A DNA stretch of 63,740 bases, the filler included, from Globobulimina sp. (lineage: Eukaryota): assembly GCA_003354225.1 (NCBI GenBank). It is 25 parts of 25 records of this genome, joined end to end, with 100 filler letters (N's around TTAATTAATTAA, not from the genome) between each part and the next. Parts side by side here need not be neighbours in the genome. Positions count along the whole stretch, not along the records: positions 38,318 to 40,770 come from PIVH01006611.1; positions 40,871 to 43,323 come from PIVH01006612.1; positions 43,424 to 45,876 come from PIVH01006613.1; positions 45,977 to 48,428 come from PIVH01006614.1; positions 48,529 to 50,980 come from PIVH01006615.1; positions 51,081 to 53,532 come from PIVH01006616.1; 19 more parts are not named here. One strand, written 5' to 3'. The translations under genes were made by a program, and so were the position numbers. Shown piece by piece: positions 39,477 through 52,108 of the stretch (the first letter of the stretch is position 1; each line of letters begins with the position of its first letter). The notes below the pieces were generated by a model. That model had not been told where the DNA came from, did no database searches, and was given only the letters and a program-made list of their open reading frames with translations.

Positions 39477-40604
39477 CTACGTTTTATATTGTACCAATAT
39501 AAAACTTCGAATTAACATTTTAATTCTTAAACTTGGATAAATTTTATATTTTATTTGATTATCAGTCAATGAAATTGCGGCCAGTTTTGCTGATCTTGCT
39601 AATTTTCTCTGTGATGTCATTACAAAATCATGTGTTTGATGCAATTGAGTGATCAAACTATTTTGTTTATTTTTGCATTTCTTTGCGCAGTTTGCTAAAC
39701 ACAAAGGAATGCGGTATTTATTATGATCATAGGAAGGAATTATAAATGCTTCATATTGTTGGGGTATGATACTAAACATTATCAAATCACTTGTATTCAT
39801 TCCACAAACTGCACATTTCTCAAATGACAATGCATGTTATTTATTTTTAATATTTTTAGCATTCTTATTTTGAATATGTTTTGTTTTATTTCGTTTGTTA
39901 TTGTTATCAATATATTTATAACACATTTCTAAATATGATTTATTATTTTGATCATCCATTAAACTCATTAATTTCACAAATATTTGGTATCCTTTCAAGG
40001 CATCATCAGCTGCATAAAGTATTTGTTGTTTATTCAATTTCCAATTATCCCAATTTTCATGAAATCTGTAATTTTGTGCGAATATTTTATATTTCATTGC
40101 TTTCTGCAGTAATAACAATGACATTGATTTTAATGATAAACTTGTTTGCTTTCTTAGTTTGTCATTATTTTTAAATAAGTCATCTTTTTTGTTGTTTGGC
40201 AGTAATGTTTTAAATATATTGTTAATATCAACACAACCAAACACATCAATATTCCAATCACTTTTTAACTTATTCACATCTCCAAATATACCAACCCCGC
40301 ATTTCAAAATTCTAACATCGTTAAGAACACTCATCAAATTGGACGGGATTCTTTCGAGTAAATGTAATCGAACCAAAATTATTAAATTACAATTTCCAAT
40401 TTGTAACAAAGAAACTTTATCATCACTCCATTCACAGTCTAAACCGATAATGTTCGGACTGTGCGATTGTAATTCATTTATTAAATCTGTGCATTCTTCC
40501 GTTGTACGTGCAATCTTTATCATTGTCCCATCCATTGAAAAAGACATAATTCTAGATTTGAAAAAGAAAATCCATGCTATAAATGTGCCAATTGCAACAA
40601 TCAT
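39477..40604 (-). CDS. EXD2-like DEDDy 3'-5' exonuclease with an HNH-like C-terminal region, interrupted by an in-frame TAA
   Basis: N-terminal TM, GLDCEW, LLQI, KCGVGI..D, W...L...Q..YAADDA. The same frame continues after the stop at 39837-39839 as KCAVCG......IIPQQY......DHN....LC..C. Confidence 0.8.
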
Positions 40605-40870
40605 ATTAATGTCAACAAAATCATATTAATCATAATGGGCCAAATGCAGAAAATTTTAGGTCTGAAGTGAAAACTGTTTGTAGAGATTTTTTGTAGAATT
40701 ATGCACGGTAGATACACCCAACGAGACCAAGTCAAAGACTCGTTAAACCATTGGACACATTGCAACAAACNNNNNNNNNNNNNNNNNNNNNNNNNNNNNN
40801 NNNNNNNNNNNNNNTTAATTAATTAANNNNNNNNNNNNNNNNNNNNNNNNNNNNNNNNNNNNNNNNNNNN

Positions 40871-40961
40871 TTTTACTCCACTAAGTGGGGTAAAAGTGTT
40901 TTTCGTTTCTAATTTTACTCAACTAAGTGGGGTAAACGGGTCAAAAGGAGTGGAGTAATTC
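40871..40961. repeat. Tandem palindromic repeats, possibly a transposon subterminal region
   Basis: TTTTACTC(C/A)ACTAAGTGGGGTAAA at 40871 and 40913, each a near-palindrome. A degenerate third copy follows. Confidence 0.6.
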
Positions 40962-41763
40962 CACTTTTACCGGCCTTTTTTGGGTAAAAAATAATTATAT
41001 AGGCAAAAATGCATAAAATTTTTAAAAATGCAAAATTCATCTTGTAACCTTGCCTCTTGCCTCTGTTTCTATCTTGCCTCCTGGTATCGCCTCACAATGC
41101 AACTCTGTTGCCTGCCACCCTAATACATGTTATATATATCATCATATATGATCCCTTGACATGCAACTATAAATAACATGCCATCAAAAACTTACTTGCA
41201 ACGCATGCCGGATTCCTTGGATTCCTTGACCATGACTAAACAAACTAATACTTGCAACGCATGCCGGATTCCTAAACAAACTAATAAAGCGTACAAGTGC
41301 AGTAAATCAATCATATGGTATTGCTGAAAACAGGTGTGATATGTAAACAGGTGTTTTTATAAACAACCCATTTCAGTCCACTCGATTGACATTTATTTAA
41401 TATATGACTGGATCATATGTATATCTTATCGGGAACACACCTGTATTTATTAAATAAAATAATGTGTTTTTCATATAATGTTAAAAACGAAAACTTTACT
41501 TTAAGCGTTTAGATTTCTAAAAAAACATGCTCGTAAGTATAATAAACTAATATACCTTATAATTAACATTTCATATTTCATCATGCATTAAAAAAATGTT
41601 ATTAACATTATCAATAAAATGTTATCTTTTAACATTTTATTTATAACATATTTTCCTTCCGAATTAATGAAAAAAATTAATTAGTGCAAATCTGACAGTC
41701 AATTGCACTCGATATAAACAACTAGTTCCAAAAGTTTATGACTGAAAAGCTAGGTTCTTCATC

Positions 41764-43253
41764 ATGTCGTTTCCCAATATTTTGAGTTTGATATTGCAGA
41801 TAAATATTATCCAAAGCCAATATAATTATTTATGTGATTTCGAGACAAATTTTATTTCCAATGATAGGGGTGAATGGTCTTTTAATGCTGCAAATTGTTC
41901 TGTTACTCAAACAAACACTGACATGCTGAGTACACTGTCTCCCAATGGTGCTGTTGCATGGATGGGTGGCCAAAGTGACACATTATTATGGACGGATTAT
42001 ACCATAGAAGCCACCATCAACGCAGCATCTTACAGTGGTGTCGTTGTGACTGCAGGGATTATATTTCGTGTTCAAGCTGATGGCGTTGCGAATAATGGCG
42101 GAGACGTTGGTAGGTTTTATGAAGCAATGTTACTTTATTGGGATGGATATAGAGTACATTTGAGGGAATACACCAACGCTGGTTATACCATCAAAAAACA
42201 AAACAATGCAGCCAGTTGCTCATACAATACAGACTATGTATTGCGGATTGAAGTCACTGGCTATGATATTGATGTTTATTTGGATAATGATTTGCTATTT
42301 TCACGTCAAACATCAACTACATATCCGGTCGGGTCCGTTGGTATTCGGGTAACAAACACTTACGTCACATTCAAAACATTGTACATTACATTTCCAAGTA
42401 CAGCGCCTACCACTTCTACGCCAACAATTGCTACTGATATGCCAACAACAGTTATGCCAACCACTTCTATGCCAACAACATATGCACCAACAACGTATGC
42501 ACCAACAGATATACCCACAACATATGTACCAACAACATATGTACCAACCACGTATGCACCAACAACGTATATGCCCACAGTGACCAGAACTAGTCTAAGC
42601 ACTACAAAGTACGAAACCACATCAGAACCGACTACAATTAGTACAATATCGACAGAGAATGAGATGAAAACATGTTTAGTATTTAATTTGCGTTTTAATT
42701 TTATTTTTTATGTATTGCAAACGTTATAGCTATGCATATAAACAATGCAACACATAATGGATGGAAATCATGGAATTCCATACTGATTATTGTTACACTT
42801 GCTGTGATCATTGTGTTTGTTGCGAGTGTTATCACGGTTTTATTGCGTTGCTATAAAAATAAAAAATATGTAAAGAAACAGGAGATAACAATACAAATGG
42901 AACAAATGAACAAAACACATGTTATTGAACAAGTTAATATCGATTGCAATGCAAACACTAAGGACTTGGATTCCAATGGATTGGCAGCAATGGACGAAGA
43001 AGACAACAGTCACAGTCATAGTGTGGAAGATATGTATAAAAATATTGATAATGTGACTGTGGGGCAACATGCAACAAAACAAGACGTACATAATACATGT
43101 ATCGACGATGGGAATAGTAGTACCGATGAAATGTATAACAATGTCAATACAAAAACACATGCAACATCAGCAGGGATTATAGAAGATGAACATGCTCAGC
43201 ACAATAATGCAAAAGAGGGATATACTCAACGCAATACTCTTGGTTCAGTTTGA
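41764..43253 (+). CDS. Type I membrane glycoprotein: signal peptide, ConA-like/DUF1080-like beta-sandwich, PTT mucin stalk, TM, acidic tail
   Basis: WTDYTIEA, AGIIFRVQ, Y.LRIEV.G..I.VYLD and GSVGIR motifs. 15-bp PTTxx repeats at about 42404-42580. Probable intron near 42675-42730. Confidence 0.75.
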
Positions 43254-43543
43254 CAAAAATATATGTTTTTCAGTATGGATATATTGGGAGCAATTTCAAT
43301 CTGTATATAGTATTTGACACTATNNNNNNNNNNNNNNNNNNNNNNNNNNNNNNNNNNNNNNNNNNNNTTAATTAATTAANNNNNNNNNNNNNNNNNNNNN
43401 NNNNNNNNNNNNNNNNNNNNNNNATAGGAAAAATAGATGGAGAAAATCGTGGTGCGCAGTACTTAAATTCAAACCGGGTCGGGTCTTGGCTTTTCCCAGT
43501 ATTTAAGAAAATACAAAGATAATTAATCTGTAGTAAGGTGGAA

Positions 43544-44332
43544 ATGAAATATCTATTTGTTAGTATATTGGTATTAAATAGTCTGGCAACTTTTTGTCAT
43601 GCAGAAATACAATTGTCTAAATCAGACGCACATATTATAGCCAACAAAATATGGCAAAATGAAGGAGATGGAAAAGATCTGTATCTAGCGCAGTGGAACA
43701 AAGGAGAAACGTTTGCTTCACTTGGAATGGGACATTTTATTTGGTATCCGGTCAATATCAGTGACCGCCCGTATCGTGAGTCTTTTACCAAATTATTAAC
43801 CTACCTAGAAGAAAATGGTGTAATACTGCCCAATGGTATCACACCCAATACACCATGTTTATGGCCCAATCGAACATCTTTTTATAAGGATTTTGAATCT
43901 CCAAAAATGCAGGAACTCCGACAATTTCTGAAAACAACCTTTTTAGAACAGACACAGTTCATGGTTTTACGTCTGCATCAATCATTGCCTCAGATCATTG
44001 CAGCAGCCCCAAAAAAACATCAACCTTATATCAAAAACCGATTTGAAACTATCGCGCAAACACCAAACGGGGTTTATGCCTTAATGGATTATGTCAATTT
44101 TAAGGGTGAAGGGGTTTTTAAAAGAGAACGCTACCAAGGCTATGGGTGGGGACTCCTACAGGTATTGGATGCAATGCCTGAGAACAGTGAAAACAATATT
44201 CTTGCTGATTTTGTTAAAGCCGCTGATTTTGTATTAACAAGGCGTGTAAAGTACGCACCAAAACAAGAAAGTCAGTGGTTAGCTGGGTGGCGTAAACGAC
44301 TGCAAACATATTTGGTACATACCAGTGATTGA
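43544..44332 (+). CDS. Bacterial secreted hypothetical protein, possibly lysozyme-like
   Basis: AAGGTGG RBS, signal peptide, no introns. Motifs IWQNEG, SLGMGHFIWYP, DYVNFKGEG and WLAGWRKRL. Confidence 0.8.
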   Translation: MKYLFVSILVLNSLATFCHAEIQLSKSDAHIIANKIWQNEGDGKDLYLAQWNKGETFASLGMGHFIWYPVNISDRPYRESFTKLLTYLEENGVILPNGITPNTPCLWPNRTSFYKDFESPKMQELRQFLKTTFLEQTQFMVLRLHQSLPQIIAAAPKKHQPYIKNRFETIAQTPNGVYALMDYVNFKGEGVFKRERYQGYGWGLLQVLDAMPENSENNILADFVKAADFVLTRRVKYAPKQESQWLAGWRKRLQTYLVHTSD

Positions 44333-44701
44333 ATCTATTTAATTTTTATTAAATGGCTTTAATCTCCAATAAAATGGGACCTCACATATTTAAAATTAGA
44401 ATCTAAAAATTCGAAATTGAGATTGTTGACCGTAACGGATCATATTGGGATGCTGCTTAAAATCGGATTTTGAGAATACGAAAATCTGAAAGAGTCGTTT
44501 CAGATCATAAGTGCACACTTCAGAAATATAGGTTCGCATTTACATGTCTGGAGAATATTGATACGATCTTAATACATTCACATTCAGTATGGGTTTTGCC
44601 ACCTAAGTTCAAGATTTTTGATTTCAAAATCCTCTGGATAAATCTATAAATATAGTTTTTTAAAAATGCACCGAAAATATCAAAAATATTTAAGACGATT
44701 C

Positions 44702-45463
44702 ATGAAAAACATGCTAAATATGATGATATCTATCATACTATTTTCTATAGTAGTTTTTCCCCAAATCTGTTTTGCTGAAAAAACTTTAAAAATAGCCTTC
44801 GGAAATGCGTTGCCACCATGGGTTAATCCTGAAACTGATCAAGGAATACTTATTGATATTATCAAAGAAACTCTTGAACCAGCAGAATATATAATAAAAC
44901 CTGTTTATCTTCCCTATGCAAGGCGCCTGATATCGTATAAGCGACACCTTGTTGATGCTGTATGTGACATTAATCCTAAAATAATGGATGAGTCCAAACT
45001 CGAAGGCCATTTATCTGCCATCGCGTATGCATACGAAAATATTGGTGTCTCCTTGAAGAAAAACAAATACAAATTTTCTAAGATAAGTGACCTGGCTAAT
45101 TATCGCGTTCTTGCGTGGCAAGGGGCTAAAGAAACAATAGGTGGCGAATATGCTATTATGGCTCAAAAGAATAGGAATTACAGAGAATTAGCAAGTCAGA
45201 AAACCCAGATCATCCTACTTTATATGGGTAGAGAAGATGTTATTCAATTAGACAGGCAGATATTCAGATTTTATAAAAAGAGAGTATCAGAAGAAGGAAA
45301 ATTTGATACAAGTCAGCCCGTTGATATTTTTCCACTATTCGGAAAAAATAAATGTGGTTTTTTATTTAGAGAGAAATTTACACAAATTACATTTAACAAA
45401 AATCTTGAAATAATCAAAGAAAACGGCCGTTATGATGAGATTATAAAAAAATATAGTTACTAA
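44702..45463 (+). CDS. Bacterial periplasmic substrate-binding protein, family 3 (amino acid ABC type)
   Basis: Signal peptide. LPPW....DQGILIDII, LPYAR, ISDL, LLYMGR.DV...D and FNKNL..IKENGRYDEI.KKY. Confidence 0.88.
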   Translation: MKNMLNMMISIILFSIVVFPQICFAEKTLKIAFGNALPPWVNPETDQGILIDIIKETLEPAEYIIKPVYLPYARRLISYKRHLVDAVCDINPKIMDESKLEGHLSAIAYAYENIGVSLKKNKYKFSKISDLANYRVLAWQGAKETIGGEYAIMAQKNRNYRELASQKTQIILLYMGREDVIQLDRQIFRFYKKRVSEEGKFDTSQPVDIFPLFGKNKCGFLFREKFTQITFNKNLEIIKENGRYDEIIKKYSY

Positions 45464-45539
45464 ATTATTTCTGAAAATATTGTAAGTTTTAGCAATGAAC
45501 AAAAAGGTAGAGATTAAATTAGTAAACCAGGAGAATAAA

Positions 45540-45876
45540 ATGGAGTTCACACTTGATGCAGCGTATGAAGATTATATCAAGATAAATGTATCAGGTATGG
45601 TTGTGAAGTCTGAAATAATATCAGTCATATCGCAATTACTTGAACACCCAGAATACTTGGATAAACATTCATATTGGGATTTTAGAAAAGCTACAATGGG
45701 TTTATCTATAAGTGATTTGAGTGAAATTGTTGGAATTTTGCGTCTTTATAAACCGAAACAAAGAAACTTTGCAAACAAATCAGCGCTACTCGTATCAGGA
45801 CAAATGAACAGTGCCATGGTGAATGTATTTGCAACAATGACAAAAATGCTTCCATTTAACTATAGGGTGTTCAAGG
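45540..45876 (+). CDS. Bacterial small STAS/SpoIIAA-like hypothetical protein, 3'-partial
   Basis: AGGAG RBS at 45529-45533. I.VSG, WDFR.A, K.ALLV and YRVF pattern. Confidence 0.6.
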
Positions 45877-46099
45877 NNNNNNNNNNNNNNNNNNNNNNNN
45901 NNNNNNNNNNNNNNNNNNNNTTAATTAATTAANNNNNNNNNNNNNNNNNNNNNNNNNNNNNNNNNNNNNNNNNNNNTTCACTAACTATTCTAATTCTGTC
46001 TATTCAGTACTCGACGATCAAATTCCCACTTTAGTCTTATACATTCTTGTTAGCAAAAAAACAATATTGCGCAAGCTAGTTCAGTCACATCATACAAAA

Positions 46100-48428
46100 A
46101 TGAAAAGAAAAAGATATGATTTAGATGATCCACGTTCGTCATATCGTCATCAACAACGCGGTCGCGGTCGTGGCCGTGGCCGTGGCAGAGGTCATGGCCA
46201 TGGTCGGGGCAGAGGTAAGATCTATAAATATTGATCCAATTAAATCTTGACAATTTGTAATATGTGTTTTTTGGTGCAAGGATATAACAATAATAACAAC
46301 CACAACAATGCCATGGAAGAACCCATCGACCGCGAACAAGAGAGAATGTCTCGTATTCGCCAATTATTAGTTCGAATCGGAGAGCGTTCCTCTTCCACAT
46401 TAGCGCATAATTTGGACCAATTAAGCACGGCCTTATTAGTGGACATCGAGCATTATCGCACATTTATCATTTCCACGCTGTTCGAATGCATCGTTCATTT
46501 AGCCGTTAAAATACCAATCTACGCCACGTTGGTTGGTTTAATAAACCACGTAAAAGAAGACTTTGGTAAAGAAATCGTCAAAACCTTATCCAAAGAACTT
46601 ATCCTAAGTTTCTCCCCAAACAATAACCAAAAAAGCCCTCTCAAATCCATAATAGCTGACACATCGAATCAACGCGGATATTTAATAAATAACGCACCGA
46701 TTATCGACTTCAATCGCATTCGTCTATTAACCCGCTTTGCGGCGTGCTTATACAACACAAATATCATCCCATTGTCCGATATGTTAAACATCATTAACTT
46801 CCTACTCAAACAAGGCGGCATTGACAACCAATACGAGCACAGCCCCGATATCCATCATTTCATCAAACAGCATACGTGTTATATTATAATGACAATATTG
46901 ATCTGGTCCTCCATCAATATCTCCGCCGATACCCACCCAGAGATCCATAACTGCCTCGAAACCTATCTCGCGGAGCGAGCCCATACTGGCAATGCCTACG
47001 CCTTCAAACCATTTAAAAACATTCAAATCGATTTATTAGGCGACATCTGGAAGGTTTACACCGCGAATCCGTTGAAACCCGCAGAGATTAAAAGTATCCA
47101 CAGTCCCCACCGCGAATTCCAACGTTTAAAAAAGAAATACAAACATTCATTGTATGCAGAGGCCAGCGCTGCGAGTCCAGAATGGGATAACATCGCTTCG
47201 TGGGCCGGTCTCAAATTGTCTCTCTATCCCATATGGTTGGAGTTTGGTATCGCGTCGTTGCTGGAGACTGACAAGGAAAAAGAACACGGCATTTGCCAGT
47301 ACATTGTGCAGGATTACATCCATGACATCATCGAGTACTTCAACCAAGACGTCAAACTATGCGCGGAGCAGTTGATCAATCTGCCCTGCTCCTTCGAGTC
47401 CAAATATGTCATCGTCGAAGGCATCATCTTCAAAATGCTGTGGTTGCCGTGCAGCAAATATCACTATATCTTCTTCGGCAAGATCATCATTGAGTTATTC
47501 CGCAAGCAAACCAAGGTCTGGCCGCGTGTGGTGGGGCCGATCATCAATGTCATGTTTCACAGCTTGGACTGCATCGATATTGAATGCCGCGACCGGCTAT
47601 GCGAATGGTTCAGTTTCCATTTGGCCAATTTCAACTTTCAATGGCCGTGGGAGAACTGGTCGGCGATCACGGATTCGGCGGGCACTGCGACGTCGAGCAT
47701 TGAGTCGGCGAAGTTGTCCTTTGTGCGGAGTGTGATGCTGAAATGTATCCATTTGTCGTATTATGACCGGTTTTGCAAGACTCTGCCGGCCGATATTATC
47801 AATATTGTGCCGTGCAAACCCGATGGGAATTATAAGTATCAGAGTGATAATATCTATATGGAGCTATGTCGGATGTTAAATCAACGGCAATCTTGCGATG
47901 ATATCTATAACCATTTGGAGACGCATTGCGATAGCATTGAGAAGCAAATTGAGATCTTATTTTTGTGCATTTTGCATGTGGGAAAGTCGTCGTGTTCGCA
48001 TGTTTTGTCTTTCTTGAAGATGTATGGCAAGAAACCATTGAAACAGCTGTTAGCAAACGAGAATAGTAAGGAAAATAAGGAAGGCGCTGTGAATGAGAAT
48101 GAGTTGATTATATTGCAGTGTTTATTTGAGTATTGGTGTAATTCTCCCATTCGAATTGAGATATTGTCGGACAAATTGCATGCAATGAACTATATTTCTG
48201 CGCAATGTATGATTCGGTTTTTATTTTTGGAGAGGAATTTGAAGAAATTGTCGCAACAAATTTATTGGATCATCACCAGACAAGCCATTGACCGCATTGT
48301 TAAGACTACGCAAGGAATGAAGAGAGGTATTGATAAATTTGAAAATGACATCAAGGAATTGAATAAAAATCTAAATTCTGACTTCAATGATCAAGAAATG
48401 ACTATTGTTTCCAAGCAAAATAAAGAAA
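46100..48428 (+). CDS. NCBP1: Nuclear cap-binding protein subunit 1 (CBP80), 3'-partial
   Basis: Exon 1 reads MKRKR...RG repeats. Intron 46215-46280. Motifs KIPIYATLVGLIN and RDRLCEWFSFHLANFNFQWPWENW, plus LSYYDR and GKSSCSH. Confidence 0.93.
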
Positions 48429-48528
48429 NNNNNNNNNNNNNNNNNNNNNNNNNNNNNNNNNNNNNNNNNNNNTTAATTAATTAANNNNNNNNNNNNNNNN
48501 NNNNNNNNNNNNNNNNNNNNNNNNNNNN

Positions 48529-50234
48529 CACCGCCGCTGCCTGGAAGTGGGCCCCAGTACGCGTCTTCTATTTCATCTGCATCGTCATCATATTCAGATG
48601 GTTACCCTGCCGATACAAACCCAAAAGTTACCAATTTTAGATTGAGCTTTTCAAATAATTACAACATTGATTCAAGAAATGCTTCTGTATTCCAGTCCGT
48701 ATTATCAATGATCGATGTTGTAAACTTATCAATTGGTTTAGGTATAATTGTTTTCCTTGTGGTATATATACAAAAACAAAACTAAATAATAGGATTCCTC
48801 TCTTTGCCCTATGCTATAGGTTTGTACGTAGTTGTGTATCTTTTGAATTTTACTATAAGTGTATACTGTGTACGTGTATACACATAAGCTGTCGGAGGTG
48901 GTTGGCGGGCGATTATTGGATTGACACTCGTGATGTTAGTATATCATCATTGCTGTACACTTTATACCCAATTATTAAATAAACGATCAATTCGTTCACT
49001 TCAATCATTAACAAATCCATCCTATTTGCAATTTTATCAGATGCAATCATTAGTATTTATTTTATCTGACGAAAAAACAACATGTTATTATTACGCAATA
49101 TTAATATTTTCTATACTTGAATCCATTGGTGTTGCATGTGTGTATATTGTATTTGTGTGGGATAATTTAGATTTTTTGTTATCTATTTCGGAAAAAAAAA
49201 ACGACATAACTACAATTCTAGTATCAATTAGCATGATATTACCCGCACTCTTAATTCCCAGAATCGATAAAATATACTGGCTGTCATATACTACATTTAT
49301 TGGCGCGGTAATCTTAATTTTTACGGTTGTTTCGTTTCAGTTTGTTAACAATCAAAAATATGCACTGCATCATCATCAAACAAGTGACACAACAATAACT
49401 GGTCAAAGTGGTCAAGGATTTGTGACTTCGATTGGAATATTTTTATTTTGTTTCAACTCAAATTCGTATTCATCATTTCCTGTTATTCAAAATAATTTAG
49501 ATTCGAAATTATTTAAACATATTTTATCATATTCACATTTGTGTATATTTATTATCTATGGAATAATTGGAATATGCGGTTATTTGCTGTATGGAGAATA
49601 CACAAAGCCAATAATTTTAGAAAATATAGTTCAACAAAAAATCGAACCAAACCATAAACAAAATATTGCTATGTTTACAGATTTGTTATGTATAATATTT
49701 ATTATTTGTATTTGGTCGTCCATTGTACCGCTAATCATACAGATTAGCAATTTTATTGAATGCAATGTAATTTGTGAATACTTAAAAAATAAACAAAAGC
49801 ACCAAGCGAAACATTACAGTCATCAAATTATGAAAAAGAGTTTAAAGCAAAAAGCAAGGCACATAATGATTCATCAAAAAGCAAGCGGTGATCAAGAATC
49901 ATCAAATTTGGCAATCAATAAACATAAACCATTAGTTCTACCAACAAAAAATATTATTTTGACTAATAACACCAAAAGACTGTGCAGAATTATTTTATTG
50001 TTTATTATCTTCGGAATTGCAGCAATGTTCAATAATAATTTAACTTTTTTTGAATCTATGGTCGGAATTTGTTTTTCTTCAATTACAGTTATTGTATTTC
50101 CGTATTTTCTCTATTTAAGATATTGCTGGAATTCATTAGCTTGTTTTAATAGACTGGTTAATATTTTATTGTTTATCTGTATTGTAATTTTGTTGACTGT
50201 TTTATTTGTTGCTTCAATAATTAATATTTTATAA
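48529..50234 (+). CDS. Amino acid transporter (Aa_trans / AVT1-like), spliced, 5'-partial
   Basis: Short upstream exons NLSIGLG and FLSLPYAI. Motifs IGIFLFCF, FPVIQNN, ICGYLLYGE.T and multiple TM helices. Confidence 0.8.
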
Positions 50235-51080
50235 ATAAAAGAATAAAAAGATAGTATACAATACTTATAACTTATTTTGTTTCTTCGCTTTTTTTTTGTA
50301 ATATTTTAATAATTTAGTTAGTATATAGTTACACATTAATTTCAATAAAAGAAAAATATTCCATTATTGTAAATAATTTGACGGTTGCTTTTATTTTTGA
50401 ATTTATCGATATGGATAGGTTTCAACAAACAGTAATCAAACACCAACCTCAAAAACACTTTTAACAATGAACAAAAACTCTTTATTAATATCTCAAATTC
50501 AATGAAACATTCGTTATAAAGTAACGTTCTTAATTCTCGTAGACATATGCATGGAATTGTGGCGGAGCTTCGGTTTTTAGCGTTATATTTTTATTGGTGA
50601 ACTTTAACGGTCAAAGCAAACCGTTTCTAGTGACTGACAAAGGTAATAGCATATTATTCAAAATTATATAGGTTCTCTTTGTTTCCCAGAAAGAATAGAA
50701 AATTAGAAATCTGATGTAATCTAAATCAAAAACATCTTTACTAAAAACTTGAAAACTCACCTTTCTCTAAACAATTCATCCTTCTTCCATTTCTCTCACA
50801 ACTGATTAAACTGTGGTTTCTAAATTCTAATCAATATAAATAATAATAAAAGAATTAGCTGTATTTATTGTGAGTTGCAGCCTGCATTGAAACGAAATAT
50901 TGTGAGATTCTCAAGGCATCAAATTATCTTATTAATAGTTAAGAAATGATTATGCAGCAAATTTTGCAATTTATAAATGTNNNNNNNNNNNNNNNNNNNN
51001 NNNNNNNNNNNNNNNNNNNNNNNNTTAATTAATTAANNNNNNNNNNNNNNNNNNNNNNNNNNNNNNNNNNNNNNNNNNNN

Positions 51081-51246
51081 AAAATAAATTAAAGTATCAT
51101 TTTCCGATTGATAAATCAAACAATTTAACCTGACAACTTTTCCAACTTCAAAAAAACAAATAATTTGAAGTTTACATTGTGCTTAAGATAAATATAGACG
51201 AAAATGTTATAAATTGGGAACGGAAAATGATACTTTAATTTATTTT
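51081..51246. repeat. Foldback unit with 26-bp perfect inverted repeats, containing a 54-bp arm that pairs with 53093-53146
   Basis: 51081-51106 is the reverse complement of 51221-51246. 51106-51159 is the reverse complement of 53093-53146. Confidence 0.88.
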
Positions 51247-51610
51247 CCTGGAGATGATATGATCGGGCCCATAAAACAATCGGAATATAATAAAATTAAA
51301 AACATTACTTCTTATAAAACATTTGAATATTAAAAAATTTGAGTTATTTGTCCTTTTTTTTATTTCAAAGATTTAGATTTCACAGTTATGAAGTTGGCTC
51401 CTTGCTAGTATGTTCACAACTGTGATCTTAAACATTACTATATTGCGGGGGAAATCACGGGGGGTGGATAGTCCCTGGATATATTATAGGATCATATGTG
51501 TATTTCTTATCGGGAACACTACTGTAGAGCATTCAGACCGAATGCATCGACGATATGTATTGTTGCTTTGTAAAGGATCAGTGATTATCCACAAAAAACA
51601 ATAAATATAC

Positions 51611-51964
51611 ACAAATATCGGCTGTGGCATCGAAACAAATCTCTCCCAAATCTTCCCTTTTACACCAATGCCCATCGGAATCTATCAAGGAGAACATTAT
51701 TTAAAAACAGAGGAGTTATGGCACTGGAAAACAATTAGTAATTGTGCCTTATGACAAATGTATATTGGCATTCGTAAACGATTGTACATTTGATATGAAT
51801 GGGAAAAGATGAAGATATGAAACATGCAAAATGTGTGTGCCGCCGAATTACCATTCAAACATTATGGTGAGAAAATATTTGTTGTTTTATATGCAAAAAA
51901 GGCCATTGAAAAAGGTGCAGAGTTATTAGTGTATTATGGACAATATTATTGGAATAATATTTGA
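51611..51964 (+). pseudogene. SET-domain methyltransferase pseudogene (not in the ORF track)
   Basis: Pieces in different frames: IGCGIET...PIGIYQGE, then ILAFVND, then IFVVLYAKKAIEKGAELLVYYGQYYW stop. Confidence 0.75.
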
Positions 51965-52108
51965 GCAACAAGACAATGCCTTCCACTATTGGATGTAAAC
52001 GATTATTATCATTTTTAATTATGATGATTTTTGTTTGGTTTGCAACTGTAATGATAGATTAAAATTACTAAACTAAACTAAACTAAAAAAATGAAGATAG
52101 ATATCCAC

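Noticed and set aside
39837-39839. Stop-codon reassignment (TAA as Gln)
   Set aside because: Long conserved ORFs such as clathrin, CBP80 and CNNM have no internal TAA or TAG, and TAA terminates complete genes normally.
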